Below, one piece after another: positions 34,833 to 47,700 of a stretch of 64,000 nt of DNA. Source of the DNA: Azolla caroliniana (Eukaryota > Plantae > Polypodiophyta); NCBI GenBank assembly GCA_043228905.1, contig JBHGNT010000007.1, positions 11,098,001 through 11,162,000 on the forward strand, written 5' to 3'. The position numbers were made by a program, and so were the translations under genes. Position 1 is the stretch's first letter; each line of letters starts with the position of its first letter. A model generated the notes under the pieces. The model was not told the DNA's origin and ran no database searches. It saw only the letters and a list, made by a program, of their open reading frames with translations.

Positions 34833-36668
34833 GGGTCATTTGAAATAGGTAATCTGTCACATTTTAAGAACTGTTTGTCACAAAAAGGCACAAAATAGGC
34901 CGTTCCACAAAAAGGGGTGTTGCATGCGTAAAGGTGTTTAAAAAATGACCTAAAATATATTGATTTTTAGCATGTCCAAAAGTTTAAGGCTTTCCAAATA
35001 TGCCTAAATAATAGACATGCCAAACTTACAAAAGAATGTACAAAATTTACAAATGGACTACCACCTATATTTATACATATTCGTCAATCGACAATTTGAT
35101 GTAAAATACAATATTTACAATTCATGTATTAGAACAATCACTTCCCAAAGCTATGCCATCATTTTCAGAATCATCTGATGAACCAAAAGAGCTTTGTGAG
35201 GTTTCATCCTCATAATCACTAGCAACCAAGGCATTGTCTTCATCCAATTGCAATCCAACATCACCGTGATTATGAGACATGCTCCTTATTCGTCTTTGTG
35301 TCATGTTGGGAGCCACATTTGGGATCTTCTCTTTTATTATCTTGATTGTGGTCGGTCTTAGATGGCCTGTTTTGGTCAAGGGGAAGTCATACACTAGTAT
35401 GTCTACATTATCAAGTGTGAGAGTAGATGTACTCAGTAGATTCTTTCTTCTTTGCTTTCTGCTTGTGCCTCTTTCATCCTTAACCATCTCTAAAGAGTAC
35501 TTCTTCGTAAATGCATATGGGGAAAAGGTATGATACCAATGAACCACAATGGACTCAACTTGATTGCCTTGTTCATCCTTAATAATTTCAAGAATTTTAG
35601 CAATCCAAAAGGGATGGCCCAACTCATCACCCCTAGCTAATGTTGCAATCAACATACCAACTTGTAGCTCATGCAAATTGCCTTGCCATCGTGCCTCTGC
35701 AGTACACAATATTCTTGGTCCCATGTAAATATATCTATGTCGTCGGCGAACTAGATTATTGATAATGATAATATTGATAATGAGTAGTGGACACCATTGA
35801 TGGTACACCAATATTCCCTGTGAATGGATTTTGGAGTGGCTAGTATCCGGAAAAGTGGTTATCTAAAATCATATGTTGATGGTTGTTGAAGAAGTTCCCC
35901 ACCATTCAACATTCTGATCACCGGCGTACTTCTTGGTGCGCTCAATATTTTTTTGTTTCTCTTCAAGGCATCGCATCCAATATATCTTTTGCTCATCAAT
36001 CGAACTACCGGGAGCCAATATTTTATGGTCATCATATGACATTTGTTCTGTACCATGGATTACCGCAGCTGGAAAATACAACAAGAGCCTACAACCCTCT
36101 TGTTGTCACGGTGTATCGTGACACTTGTGGCTCCCATTGTGAACTAGATGAGTATTGTTTGCCATACAACAACGTCTGGTGGTGGCTCATAGAACTTCTT
36201 TTTATGAGGAAGACGTGGTTAAAACTTATATTATTAAGCAGTGCAAGAACCCTACTTTGAGTCCCATCACCATCCATGCAGAAGCATTTAAAATCATAAA
36301 CTTCATCCAAATGTTGTACTTCTAGATTTGGGGTATAAGCTTCAATGATCAACTTTGACAATGTAGGAAGCGTGAAAGCATCACATCTCGCTAATTTCTT
36401 TGAGAACCTACTAAACATTTGATCTATATGATCATGAGTATGACCAACTAGGAAGAAGTTGACCTTAATCTTTTTAAATATGCCCCTCTCTACTCACACG
36501 CTTAAATAAGTGAACATAGTCGAGTTTTTGTTTCCTCTGGCCGTGTTGTCAAGTTGCACGTATAGTATTGGCGGGAGAATACCTTGCCAAGACTCTAACA
36601 CTCTTTGCATGCCTGTGACTGTATGATTAGGGTCATTGTGGATATTAGGATAAGTTAGGAAGACTTGA
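34833..36668 (-). mobile_element. 3' half of a DUF7869/Sola-type DDD transposase gene with a C-terminal beta-barrel-like domain, truncated by an LTR
   Basis: LYVQLDNTARGNKN and FFLVGHTHDHIDQMFS, followed downstream by LQVGMLIA...PFWIAKILEI...IVVHWYH. Confidence 0.75.
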
Positions 36669-38583
36669 TGTCACATACACACCAACTGCGGACTACAATG
36701 GAGGATGGATGACGGACGTGGAACTAGAAATGACGAGGCTAAGAACTCTAGAAGTTGTGAGTGATGAGACTATGAACTTAGGAAGCTATGGAGGGCATTA
36801 AGACAAAGATGAAGAAGGAGACAAGATGGAATGAAACGAGAATACTAGATTGATGTGTTAATGACTGGTGTTGAATCCCTTGAAAGGGATCAAGAGTTTA
36901 CAAGTATTTATACATGTTCCGAGATTGAATATCTCTAGAATATACTCGAGAAATATCTCTAGAATATGCCATACAATATTTCTAGAATATACTAATGACT
37001 AGAATATTCTGATTCTGAAATGTACTATATGCTAGACTATAGAATACTAAAGTAAATTATACAAATGCATGCTCATATCAAAATGGTTCAGCATGAAATC
37101 TTGTAGATGTTAGATTGCAGGTTCAATCCTTACTAACTACGTATTTGACGTCACTGTGTCGTGACATTGTCCTTCCTTTTACGACCGCCTTTTCAAAAGC
37201 GTGGTGTAGGGGTGGACGGGAATTAGATCACTGATGGGTGTGAGGAACCATATGTTGTCCTCACCAGAGACTGGAACACCAACGGACTTGCACACCCATG
37301 TGCGTGTGGTTCTCACCGGATATTGGAACACCGATGGGCGTGAGTGACCATGTACGACCCTCACCGGAGATTAGAACCCCGATGGGTGTGAGCGACCATG
37401 TGTGGCCCTCACCGAAGACGAGAACACTGACAGACAGGAGTGACCATGTGCGGTCCTCATCGGAACATGAATGGGCATGCACGACCATGCGGCCCTCATC
37501 GGGAACTGGAACATGAACGGGAGTGAGTGACCATGAATCCCTCACCGGGAACTCGAACATGAACGGGTGAGCGACCATGCATCCCTCACCGGGAACGCGA
37601 ACACGAACGAGTGAGAGACCATGCGGCCCTCACCGGGAACTCGAACACGAACGGGAGTGAGCGACCATGGGGTCCTCACCGAGAACTCACTGCGAACTGA
37701 AACACGAACGAACATGAGCGACCATGCGGTCCTCACCGAGAATTGGAACACGAATGGGAGTGAGCGACCATGCGGCCCTCATCGGGAACTTGAACATGAA
37801 TGGGAAGGAGCAACCATGGGTTCCTCACCAGGAACTCGAACATGAAGGGCAAAGGATTGCAAGTGAAGCGGGAAACTCGACTTCTTCTATTATGAGAGGG
37901 TAAATAGTCGAGGTTGAGCCAAAACATAGCACAAACAGTAGCGTTAGCGAGAAACCGATGTGATCCCCACCAAGAAAGTGAGTGGTTGTGATCCCCACCA
38001 AGGTGAGCGATCGAAATCAGTCCTCACCAAAGGAAAGTGGCACCAGACTTGAACTAAAATGAAAATGGAGTGCAAACGAGCAATGATTCAATCCCCACCA
38101 AGAAAGTGAGAGGTTGTAACCCCCATCAAAACTGGGAAGGTGAGTGATCCAAAGCAATCCTCACCAAAATCGTGATGCAAAATGATACCTATAAATGATA
38201 ACAAGTAGTGTTGATTACGATGAAGGTTGGGCGAGGAGGTGCTGAAAAAGATGATGTCGAAGAAGAGGACGGTGATGACGGTAACTCTAGAACCAAGGGT
38301 GGTGATGATGGTAATTCTAGAAGCAAAGGCGATAACAAAGAGGGGTGATGTTTCCAGTTGGAAGGGATTCAAGCTGTTACGGACACACCAAGCATGGACT
38401 AAGACGGAGCATGGATGACGAGGCTACAATCGATACGTGGAACTTGAAGTGACGAGGCTAGGAACTATAGAAGTTGTGAGCGATAAGACTATGAACATAG
38501 GAATGTAAGATTAACTAGAGAGCATGAAGACAAATGTCAGGATCAATGAGACAATATGGCATGAAACGTGAATACTAGACAAT
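36669..38583 (-). mobile_element. Non-coding (TRIM/LARD-like) LTR element of the self-priming chromovirus type
   Basis: 3' LTR at 36669-37166 (TG..CA) with an adjacent purine tract. Diverged partial 5' LTR at 38375-38583. PBS 38372-38362 is complementary to LTR 36881-36871. Confidence 0.75.
37230..37850. repeat. 46-bp tandem repeat, about 13 copies (two more inverted copies at ~38585-38682)
   Basis: Unit ggccctcaccgggaactcgaacacgaacgggagtgagcgaccatgc. Confidence 0.9.
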
Positions 38584-38805
38584 ATGAGGATCACTCCCGT
38601 TCGTGTTCCAGTTCTCGGTGAGGATCACATGGTCGCTCAGTCCCATTCGTGTTCCAGTTCCTAGTGAGGACCGCACATGGTCAATACAAGTTCTTCAAAG
38701 ATATTTTAGCAAGGGAAAAACTAAATCCTCAGGTCGGGTGGGATGACACTACTAGCAAATACTGTCTGGCAAAGACGCAGGCGTGAAGCGTGGTAGGCCC
38801 GCTAG

Positions 38806-39600
38806 TTTTTTTTTTTGCTTGCCGAAAGCATACAAAATAACCTGGGTATATACGAGAACCGACTCCTTGTTGTTTTTGCAACGATAGGAACTGCCATGAA
38901 TGCAGGAGACTACCTTAGGTATAAAGCACCGAGGAAAAGAAACAGATTGGATAAGACATGCCCATAGTCATAAACAACTTAGAAAGATTATAGACCGAAT
39001 TGCACGAGGAAATCACAACTCTTTAAAATAACAATGAAGAGTTGTTCCCGCAGGTGCTCCTCAATTTGTCATAGAATACACTACCCGATCTTTCGGGTGG
39101 CCTAGAAATCCTGAAAGATCTAGAAGTCTCTTCCGTGTGGAATTGATTATTGGATTTTAGGATTTCTTCATTCCAATTGTATTTGCAATAGGATTCATCT
39201 CCCTTACATTGATTATAGTAGCCAAGACTCTTTCATGTACAAACCGTTTCGTGTAAAGATGGCTATTTTCTACGAACTACAAAGATATAGGTACTCTACA
39301 CTCAATCTTTGGTGTCACGGTTGGAGTAATGGGCACACACCTCTTAGTACTAATTTGTATGGAATCAGCATAACCTGGCCATTAAATTCCTGGTGGAAAT
39401 CAATCTTGTACCTCAATAGATCGTTTTGACATAATTGAGGTAGGTATGCCAAAACATCAGATCTTTCTTGTGGGGAAGGTTCATAATCGATCCGACTACT
39501 CGAGAAATTAGAATTGGAATTTGATTTTGACTAATACTTGGAAATAGTATTATTCGTTACTAAATAGTGCGTTAATAGTTCTTTCTTACTATTAAGGATA
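38806..39600 (-). mobile_element. Possible LINE 3' fragment with poly(A) tail
   Basis: T11 run at ~38806 followed by decayed coding-like sequence. No diagnostic motif identified. Confidence 0.3.
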
Positions 39601-39619
39601 TCAGAGCTTTCCCTACAAA

Positions 39620-42201
39620 GTATCCACAAATCTAGTTTGTTTTTTACGAAGGAGAAAAAGGCTTAGTATATAAGCAATAACCTAACATTGTAAAGTGAGA
39701 ACTTCTTGATCATCTTGTATAGAGATCTTAGAGAGAGAGAGAACGAATGCAATAACAGAGCTTCCATTAAAGCTTAAACCGTGTCTATCTTCTAATATAT
39801 CTTCTTGCCTCCAATATGTGTAGTTTGCTGAACACATACAACAGATCCTCGTATACACACACATACATTTCTACGCATATTTGAACAACAACTGGTATTA
39901 GAGAAACTTGCAATTCGGCAACACAAACAACAGAAAAAGCTAAAAGGAAAAAGACCAGGTCAGTAAAATCTCACTTTCAAAGAAGAACATCGCTTGAACA
40001 TCCGGAACAAGAGTTGAAATCAGAAAATTCGATGAAAAAAACTTTGCCCTATGGAAGGAGATGATGCAGGACGTGCTAATCATCAGAAGACAAGTCAAGT
40101 CGATGCCATTCAACATAGTGAAAAACATGCCTTGATGACAATCGAAGAGTGGAGATCTACAGATGAAATCGCATGCTCCACCATCCGAATGCATCTGGCC
40201 GAAAATGTCTACTTCAGCATGGCAAAAGAGACGACAACATTCTCATCGTGGGAGATGCTAGAAGCCGTGTACGAGAAAAAGTCCTCATCTTCAAGACTGA
40301 TTTTGATCAAACAACTGTTCAACATGAAGATGAGAGAGACCGATCCGGCTACCTCCCACATCAACACCATCAACTGGGTGTTGTCAGAACTTTCCTCACA
40401 AGAGATCACCTTCAAAGAAGAAGTCAAAGCTCTTGCCCTCCTATCGAGCTTTGCCGGCAATTTGGGAGGTATCCTACACGACATACACCAATAGTCGACC
40501 AATCCTAAACTTGGATGAGACGATTGGCCAAGTCCTCACCGAGGACATTCGGTGAAAATCGATGGGACTCATCATCGACGAATCGGTAGAAGAAAAACCA
40601 AAGGGTAGTCGAAGAAATTTTAAAAACATAAGCGTAGATATTAAAATTTCAAAAATGGAGGGGTAGGAGATAGAATTTCGGAAACCCAAGGGGACAAAAC
40701 TCATCATCACTTACACCAATGTAAGAAAATATATGTATACACATACACCCACAATCTTTTTAAACCTCAACGACTTTACCACAATGGACAAGCCAATTGG
40801 TGTGTGATCCAATCATGCGGGTTTGTGTCAACGAGAGAGTTCGTGTCAAGCCAGGTTCGATCGAAGTTATCGATCGCAGAGTAGTAATCCGGTTGAGGGA
40901 TTTCTGATCATTGAGAGAAGACCAATGGAGTTTTCGGTCAACGTGTTTTTGGCATAGGCTTTGTGGGTTCGACGTGCAATGCACTGTCCCACGGGCGTGC
41001 CAGGTGTTACCCGTATAGGTGTATGGGAGGGTTAGGTGTAATGTGGAAGGTGCAATGTGTAATATGAAATATGAATATGTGAGTGTTAGGTGGGGTAAGT
41101 AGGTGTAGCTACCCTCACTCAGCTTTTTGTAATGATTAGATCTTGTACTATTTAAAACCCCACTTGTGGGGCATGAAAAAAGAGAGAAGATATATTGAAG
41201 TTACCCTCAAACCGTGTCTGTCTGGATTCTCTCTCCCTCTCTCATTCATTCTCTCTGTGCATGTCACTCTCTCTCTTCCCTCATATCCGAACCCCCTTGG
41301 GAGGGGGGTGGAGCCGATCTTGGCCCCACCCCCCACCCATCAACACCCACCACTCGACCGAGTCGGTCGACCGATTGAGTCGATCAAGAGAACAAGCCAA
41401 CAGAGTTAGTCAACACCATAGTCGATCGAAAACGAGGGGAGACCGACAACGGTCGAAGTCGAGAATGGGCCGATTAGGCAAATTCTGCACACATTGCAGA
41501 AAAGTTGGTTGATCAAGAGGAAAGAGAGTGGTCGGCGATTGGAGCGGAATCGAGGACAACCCGACTCAAACCACTCTCCTACAGACAACTAAATCAATGT
41601 TGTCAACACCTAATCAGGAAAAATCCTTTCCGTAGAGGACTCGATGATCGGAGAAGTCCTCTACAATGCACAAGATGCACAAATGTGGTTACTGGATTCC
41701 GGTGCCACATTCCACGTGACCCCTATTATTGAATGGTTTTCAAACTATTCAACTAACGACAGCGCCACAGTTCGACTAGGCAATGGGCAGGAGTGCAGAA
41801 TCGCAAGGACCGGAGAGGTTCCCATCCAATTTCCCAATGGCAACATGATCACACTGTACCAAATATGACACATACCCGATCTAAAAACGAGTTTGATCTC
41901 CATCGACATGCTAGCCGAAGACAGGTACCGAACGACTCTAAGTGAGTCGGTATGGATGATCAATCGAGGAAATCTTAGAATTGAGAGTGAACACAAGTAC
42001 AATAACTTGTAGCCAATGATAGTGATCAACCTAGACGGGGTCGTGATCATAGTTGAAAAAACCGACCCGAACTTATGGCATGGCCGACTCATCCATATGT
42101 CTCAAGCCGGACTCAATCGGTTGATGACGATTAGCTACATCCCTAAACTCCAAGCAATGACGAACTTCTGCGAGCATTGTCAATATGGGAAACAGACCTG
42201 A
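39620..42201 (+). mobile_element. Decayed copia 5' half (LTR end 39890, PBS, gag, protease, pre-integrase)
   Basis: PBS tggtattagag at 39893. KFDEKNFALWK, CTHCRKVG, WLLDSGATFHV, LWHGRLIHMS and CEHCQYGKQ. Confidence 0.88.
40586..41345 (+). mobile_element. Gypsy-type solo LTR inside copia gag
   Basis: Similar to the reverse complement of 44549-45434 and ends in catcaaca. The left end and TSD are not resolved. Confidence 0.65.
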
Positions 42202-44548
42202 TGTCGTGACGTTTCCATGCCACGATGAGAAAATAACTTCTACCAATTTATATGAGCCTATTCAAATCTTTGTAAAAGGTTATATAAAGTGCGAGACCTC
42301 GATGAATAGGAGCATGCGGGGGTTTAGGTGTCATGAAGGATTTGCTTCACGATAGAAAAATAAATTAAAATGTTGTATTGAATAACATTCAAGAGACTCG
42401 AACCCACAACCTCACATACCAAACACAAGGCACATACCATTAGGCTAAGTCATTTATTCTTTAAAAGTTATATTTTAATGTTTGTACTTATCCCATATAT
42501 ATTTTCATACATGAAAGCTCAAATTCGTGGGATGTCTATCATGCATCACATGTAACACATGAACACTAAATGGCGATCATGCATCACATGCACTACATGC
42601 ATGTTTTGTACCCTCACATGCATCATATGCATGGGGGCACCTATTTAAAGAGGGAAAAGGAAAATAGTGAGGGGAGAACATGAGACAAGGAATATTATTG
42701 TAATAGAAGGGACAAACTATATTATTGTACAAGAAATATTTTGTAATCATCTTCAGATATCAATACAAGTTATTTCCGTTTCTCCTCTTTCTTTGACAAG
42801 AAGCCTGGTGCTTACTTCCCGGATTCGTGATTTTCTTTTCGTTTGCTCTCGTACGCCGAGATCGACACGACAGTGGTGAACCTGACGTGAAACGGGAAGT
42901 GAAGAGAGATGGAGAACCAACAAGCAGTCTCGGAACCACGAATCAACCAAGAAGTCGTTGTGGAGCCACAAATCAACGTGGTGCTTCAAATGATTGAAAG
43001 AATGACGCAAAGCCAAGAACGTGCAACTGCTCTTCAACGAATCGATCATGCTATTGACAAGCTTGTAGAGAAAATAGGTCTCATTGAAGGTAAAAATATA
43101 ACTAAATTCTTACAAGTATATGTTAGTGAGATGGGTAGTAAAGGATTAAATCAACATGATGTTCAAATGAATTTTGTGAGGATAGTTGAACCCCCTTTGA
43201 GAAATAGAGTCTCTAAACTCGCAACAAGTTCTAATGATTGGGTTGCATTTGAGCAAGCTTTATTAAATGAATACATGCTAGGTGATACAATCCGAGCATC
43301 AAGGAGAGTTTCTTGGATTGGGTGGACAAAGAGGACAAGAAGATTTCGGTGATGCAGTTGTTGAAAGAGTTGGAAGCTCATTATAATCAATTAACGACGA
43401 CCGAAAGGACTCATTTGGAACAAGAGAAGGTCATATTATTCTTGAAGGCATTAGACCGATCCTATCAAGAAAAATTAGTTGCATTCCTTGAAGACTGGAC
43501 CACACCCACTGAACTAGTGTCTGATTGGAATCGAGTACATGAAGCTTACAACAGAATCAACAAAAGATCCCAATGGTGTGAGGATCTTTCGATTGCCGGA
43601 GGTATGAAAGATGAAGTGAAGACAACCATAAGGGAGGATACTGGGAGTCCGTCAACTATTTCCAAGGTACCCGAAACAGTGATGGACGATCTTATCAAAG
43701 GTATAAAAGATCTTTCATTACATGTTGCAAAGCTACAAGAAGAAAAATCCTCACAACCCCAAAAAGATTATGAAAGAAGATGCATATGGTGTGATAACGT
43801 TGACCATTCAAGAGGAGGGTATCATAACTATCAAGAAACAATAGAAAGAGGGGTGATATTCTTCAAAGATGGTAAGATTCATTCTTCTAAAACTCGATTA
43901 CCTCTCCGAACTAACTTTAGAAGAGGTGGTATGAGAAGGATCATCGAAGACGCGGAAATTACTAGGACACAATTGTCTATCAACCAACAACTACAATCAT
44001 CCATGTTGGTGAAGGAGGATCTAAATCTGGATTTTGGCCGTGTATTTTGAAAGCTACAATAAAGGGTAAAATCGAATTTGAAAAGTTGAAGTCTGGAGGA
44101 TGTTGTTCGAAGCAAAACTGGTTGGGAAGACCCAGTGGATGGCTTCTCAGCTTTCGCAAAGGTTGCAACAACCCAAGCCCATGAAGTGATCATGGAAGAG
44201 AAACGGAAATGGACGGAAAATGAAGATAACAAGAAGAGGGAGCTAAGAAGCGCTAAAAAGAGAGAGACAAAAAGTCCAAAAATGGTAAGCCATGACATTG
44301 AAAAAGGTAAGGATAAGAAGAGTCCCTCATTCAAATTATTATCCGATATTGAAGCTTCAACTGATTTAAAAAAAGTATTGGAAGAAAGAATTTTAGATAG
44401 CAAAGTGGAACTTTCCTTGAGAGAACTTTTGGGCATAGCTAAAAAAGAATTTCATGATGCAATAATAGAAGGAATTAAAAGAAAACGACAAAGTATTGAA
44501 GCCGATGAAAACCAAGGAAGTGAAGTAAAGAAAGCAACGGTGGAAGTC
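42202..44548 (+). mobile_element. Ty3/gypsy 5' part: LTR 42202-42872, tRNA-Trp PBS, degenerate gag
   Basis: PBS tggtgaacctgacgtga at 42874 matches, with 1 mismatch, the complement of the plant tRNA-Trp 3' end. gag motifs GKNITKFLQVY and RCIWCDNVDH...GKI. Confidence 0.88.
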
Positions 44549-44739
44549 TGTTAATGGTTTTGGGTTAGGGTTAATATATTATTATGATGATTATTGATGA
44601 TGATGATAGACATGGCGTAATGGTGGTGATGATGAATGGTACGATGGTGAGAGTGAACATGAAGAACAAGTCCAGCATTGAGGGGTGGGGGGTGGTGCCT
44701 AGAATGGCTCCACCCCCCTCCCAAGGGGGTTCAACGTTA

Positions 44740-44784
<45 letters not shown>

Positions 44785-47700
44785 AATAATCCTTTTTTTC
44801 ATTCATTCCCCATAAGTGGTTAAATAGGTACAAAAGGGTAGATACACAAGGGTGCAAGCCCCCTTGGCATTCACACCTAGTCACTCGCTCACACCTCTTT
44901 GTATCCACCACACTCACACCTACATTCACACTCATAATCGTATAACATTACACATACATATCAACACATCACATCTTTCACCGTCACTTATCACACTTAT
45001 CAATCACCCGTACATCTCGTACGGTAACACAATATGGCACGCCCGTGGGAGAGTGCCTTGCACGTTGATCCCACATGCCTTGATCATAATCTTTAATCGA
45101 CCGGAACTTCCGTCGGTCCTCTCTACGATCGACTCTCTCGATCGGAGCGCTTGACTCGAACGTCACTTTCGGTCAGGGACTTTTCATCGACACGAACATT
45201 CTCGTTCTGTCGTTCACGAACTTCGGTAACATCATTAGGGTCGTCAAAAAAACGTTGTATTTATGTGTGTTCTTCTTTGTATCTTGTGAGTTGTGTGTGG
45301 ATCTCATTCATTTCTTTTAGGTTCATGAGTTTTTGAAATTTCGTAGGTGCCCTTTGATTTTTAAAAATTTTATTATATACCCTCAAGTTTTGAAAATTTT
45401 AATTAGTACCCTCAGGGTTTCAATATTTGTTACATGCCCCCTTTTTTTCCCTCTCTTTTTGTGTTTTCTTCTAGTTCTTCTTCTTCCTTCTTCCCGTTGA
45501 TTTGTATCTTTCTTCAGTTTCCTCCTCTTTCTGTCTCTGTGTTTTCTGATTCTTCTTCCCTTCTCTCTTTCTCTCTTTCTCTCCTTTTCTCCATTTTTTG
45601 TTTCTTCTTCCCTTCTCTCTTTCTTTTCTTCATCTTCTTTTCTCCTAAGGCTTCTATCTTCCTTCACTTCCTCTTCTTCCTCGTCCTATCTATTCGATCT
45701 TGTCTATTTCTGTCAGTTTTAGCTTCTTGTTTCTTTGTCTATCGATCTCTTTCTCCTCTTGTTTCTTGTTCTATATTTCTCACAGTTTTCTTGTTTCTTC
45801 TACTTTTCTGCCGCTTCTTTCTCTTTCTCTTCTTTTGCATGCTTCTTCTTCATCCTTTCCTTGTACGACGTCGTTTGTTGTTCTTCCTCTGCCCCTCGGT
45901 GGCATGCCCAACGTTGTCGTCATGAGTTGTCTATCGTTACCATCCATCACTGTCGGCCGTCGCCATTGCCATCTCTATTTGGCCCATCCGGGCACCACCA
46001 CTTCATCCAGCTGCCAATGTGTTGTCAGGCCTCTGTGCCGCCGCTTCGACGTCGTCTTTCGTCCCGTTCATTCCACCCGGCTGTCCGGCAACCGCTTCCC
46101 GTTGTCGATGTCTATCATTGTCCTTCCATCGTGATCGACTTGCGTCTCGTCTGTTGTTCGACCCACGGTTTGGCCGTTACTTTCCGGCCTCTCCGGCCTT
46201 TTTCGTCTATGTCTTGGCCGCTGTTCGGCCACCACTCTATCACCGTCTTTGTTGGTTTCCTTCCGTTTGAGTCCGCATCTGTGTCTCCGGCTCCGTTGCC
46301 GTCTCCATTTTGGCGCCGATCGGCCACTCCAACCGTTCTCCGGCCAGCGCTTTTCCGGCCTCTCGTCAGTCTCTGTCGGTGTCGCCGTTTTGGCCATCGA
46401 TACCTCTTACTCCGGCCCGTTCCAGTGTCGCGAAGATGCACGTGCGTGCGTGCTTCGCTTGAATGGGACCACCAGGGTCTTAGACCAGGGAGTTATTGAG
46501 AAGAGGACGATGTGAATGTAAGATTTGGGGAAACAATGAGCACTACACTTGAGAAGATCGAAAATTTTTACACTCGATGTAGAAAGTAGCGTGCGGAAGC
46601 AGGTATGAAGACAGAACAGAGGAAGGAAACTCAGGTTCAATGGAGAGCTTAGGCTTACACGGTATACGCAGGAGAGACAAAGAGAGAACACAAAAAACTA
46701 TATTCAACAATAACACTCAATCTCCGTACATAAGACGTTCTCAGTGAGCACTTTTATACAAGTCCTAAAAGGACTGACCGAAGTACTGACAGTACTTCAA
46801 TGCTCATTAAGAGCTCCTACACTAACTCCCAAATATATTCCTCACGGAATATCTTTCCTAACGATCTCCCGGTTTACACACTCGGCCTAACCGATCGGTC
46901 CCAACCGATCCGGTCCTCGGCATCTTCAGCCGATCCGGCCGATGTTGAGCTTGTCTCTCAACACTCCCCCTCAAGCTCAACTTGAGGCTCTTCGGAATCT
47001 TCACAGCACCGGTTCCTCCTGGCTTCACGCCTCGCTCGTGCTCCTCGACCTGTTCGACTCCGCGCACTTCGACCCTTCCAGTCAGCTTGTCTGCTCATGC
47101 GGCCCTCATCAGCTCTTCTGTTGCTGCGGTGTTGACGCTTCTTCTGCTGCCTTTTCTTCCGCTTGGGCCTCAATTGATTCAGCGTGTCTGAATCAAACAT
47201 TCGAACCAACTCGGCTACCTCCGATCAGTCTTCGCTCTCGTCCGAGTTGGTTGTCTCCAACTCGTCTTCAGTCTTCTCGCCCTCAATGGCGTCATCCTCC
47301 TCATGCGTGGTTGGCTTCGGCTCTCTCCTTCGGTTGCTCCCCTTCTATCTGCTTCCGAACTTTTCCACGGGTCCGCCCTCGGCTTCTTCAGCCGATCCGA
47401 AGTCGCCCTCGGCTTCTACAGCCGATCCGTCTTCAACCGAGTCAACAAACGAGTCAACCGACTCGGTGTCGCGGTGTCTGCTCCTTTCCTGCTGCCTTGC
47501 TTGGTTGTTCGGGACTGTTCTCCCCCTCAAGTTCGGCGACGTCAAGGTGACGCAACCCGAGCGCACCTGAGAATTGCCGCAACTTGTCCAGACCAAGAGG
47601 CTTGGTGAAGATGTCGGCAGCCTGCCGATCCGTCAGAACGTACTGAAGTTCGACTTCACTGGAAAGGACACGCTCACGGACGAAATGGTAGTGCACCTCA

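Noticed and set aside
38760-38806. Helitron 3' end (GC-rich stretch then CTAG-T)
   Set aside because: The hairpin is weak, no 5' TC end or RepHel sequence was found, and the T run may be a LINE tail.
44556-44575. Telomere-like ttttgggttagggtta
   Set aside because: Only about two units inside an LTR end, which is not an array.
45383-46515. Long Phe/Ser-rich and Arg/Pro-rich ORFs
   Set aside because: Low-complexity pyrimidine-rich and GC-rich gypsy 3' region that lacks stops by composition.
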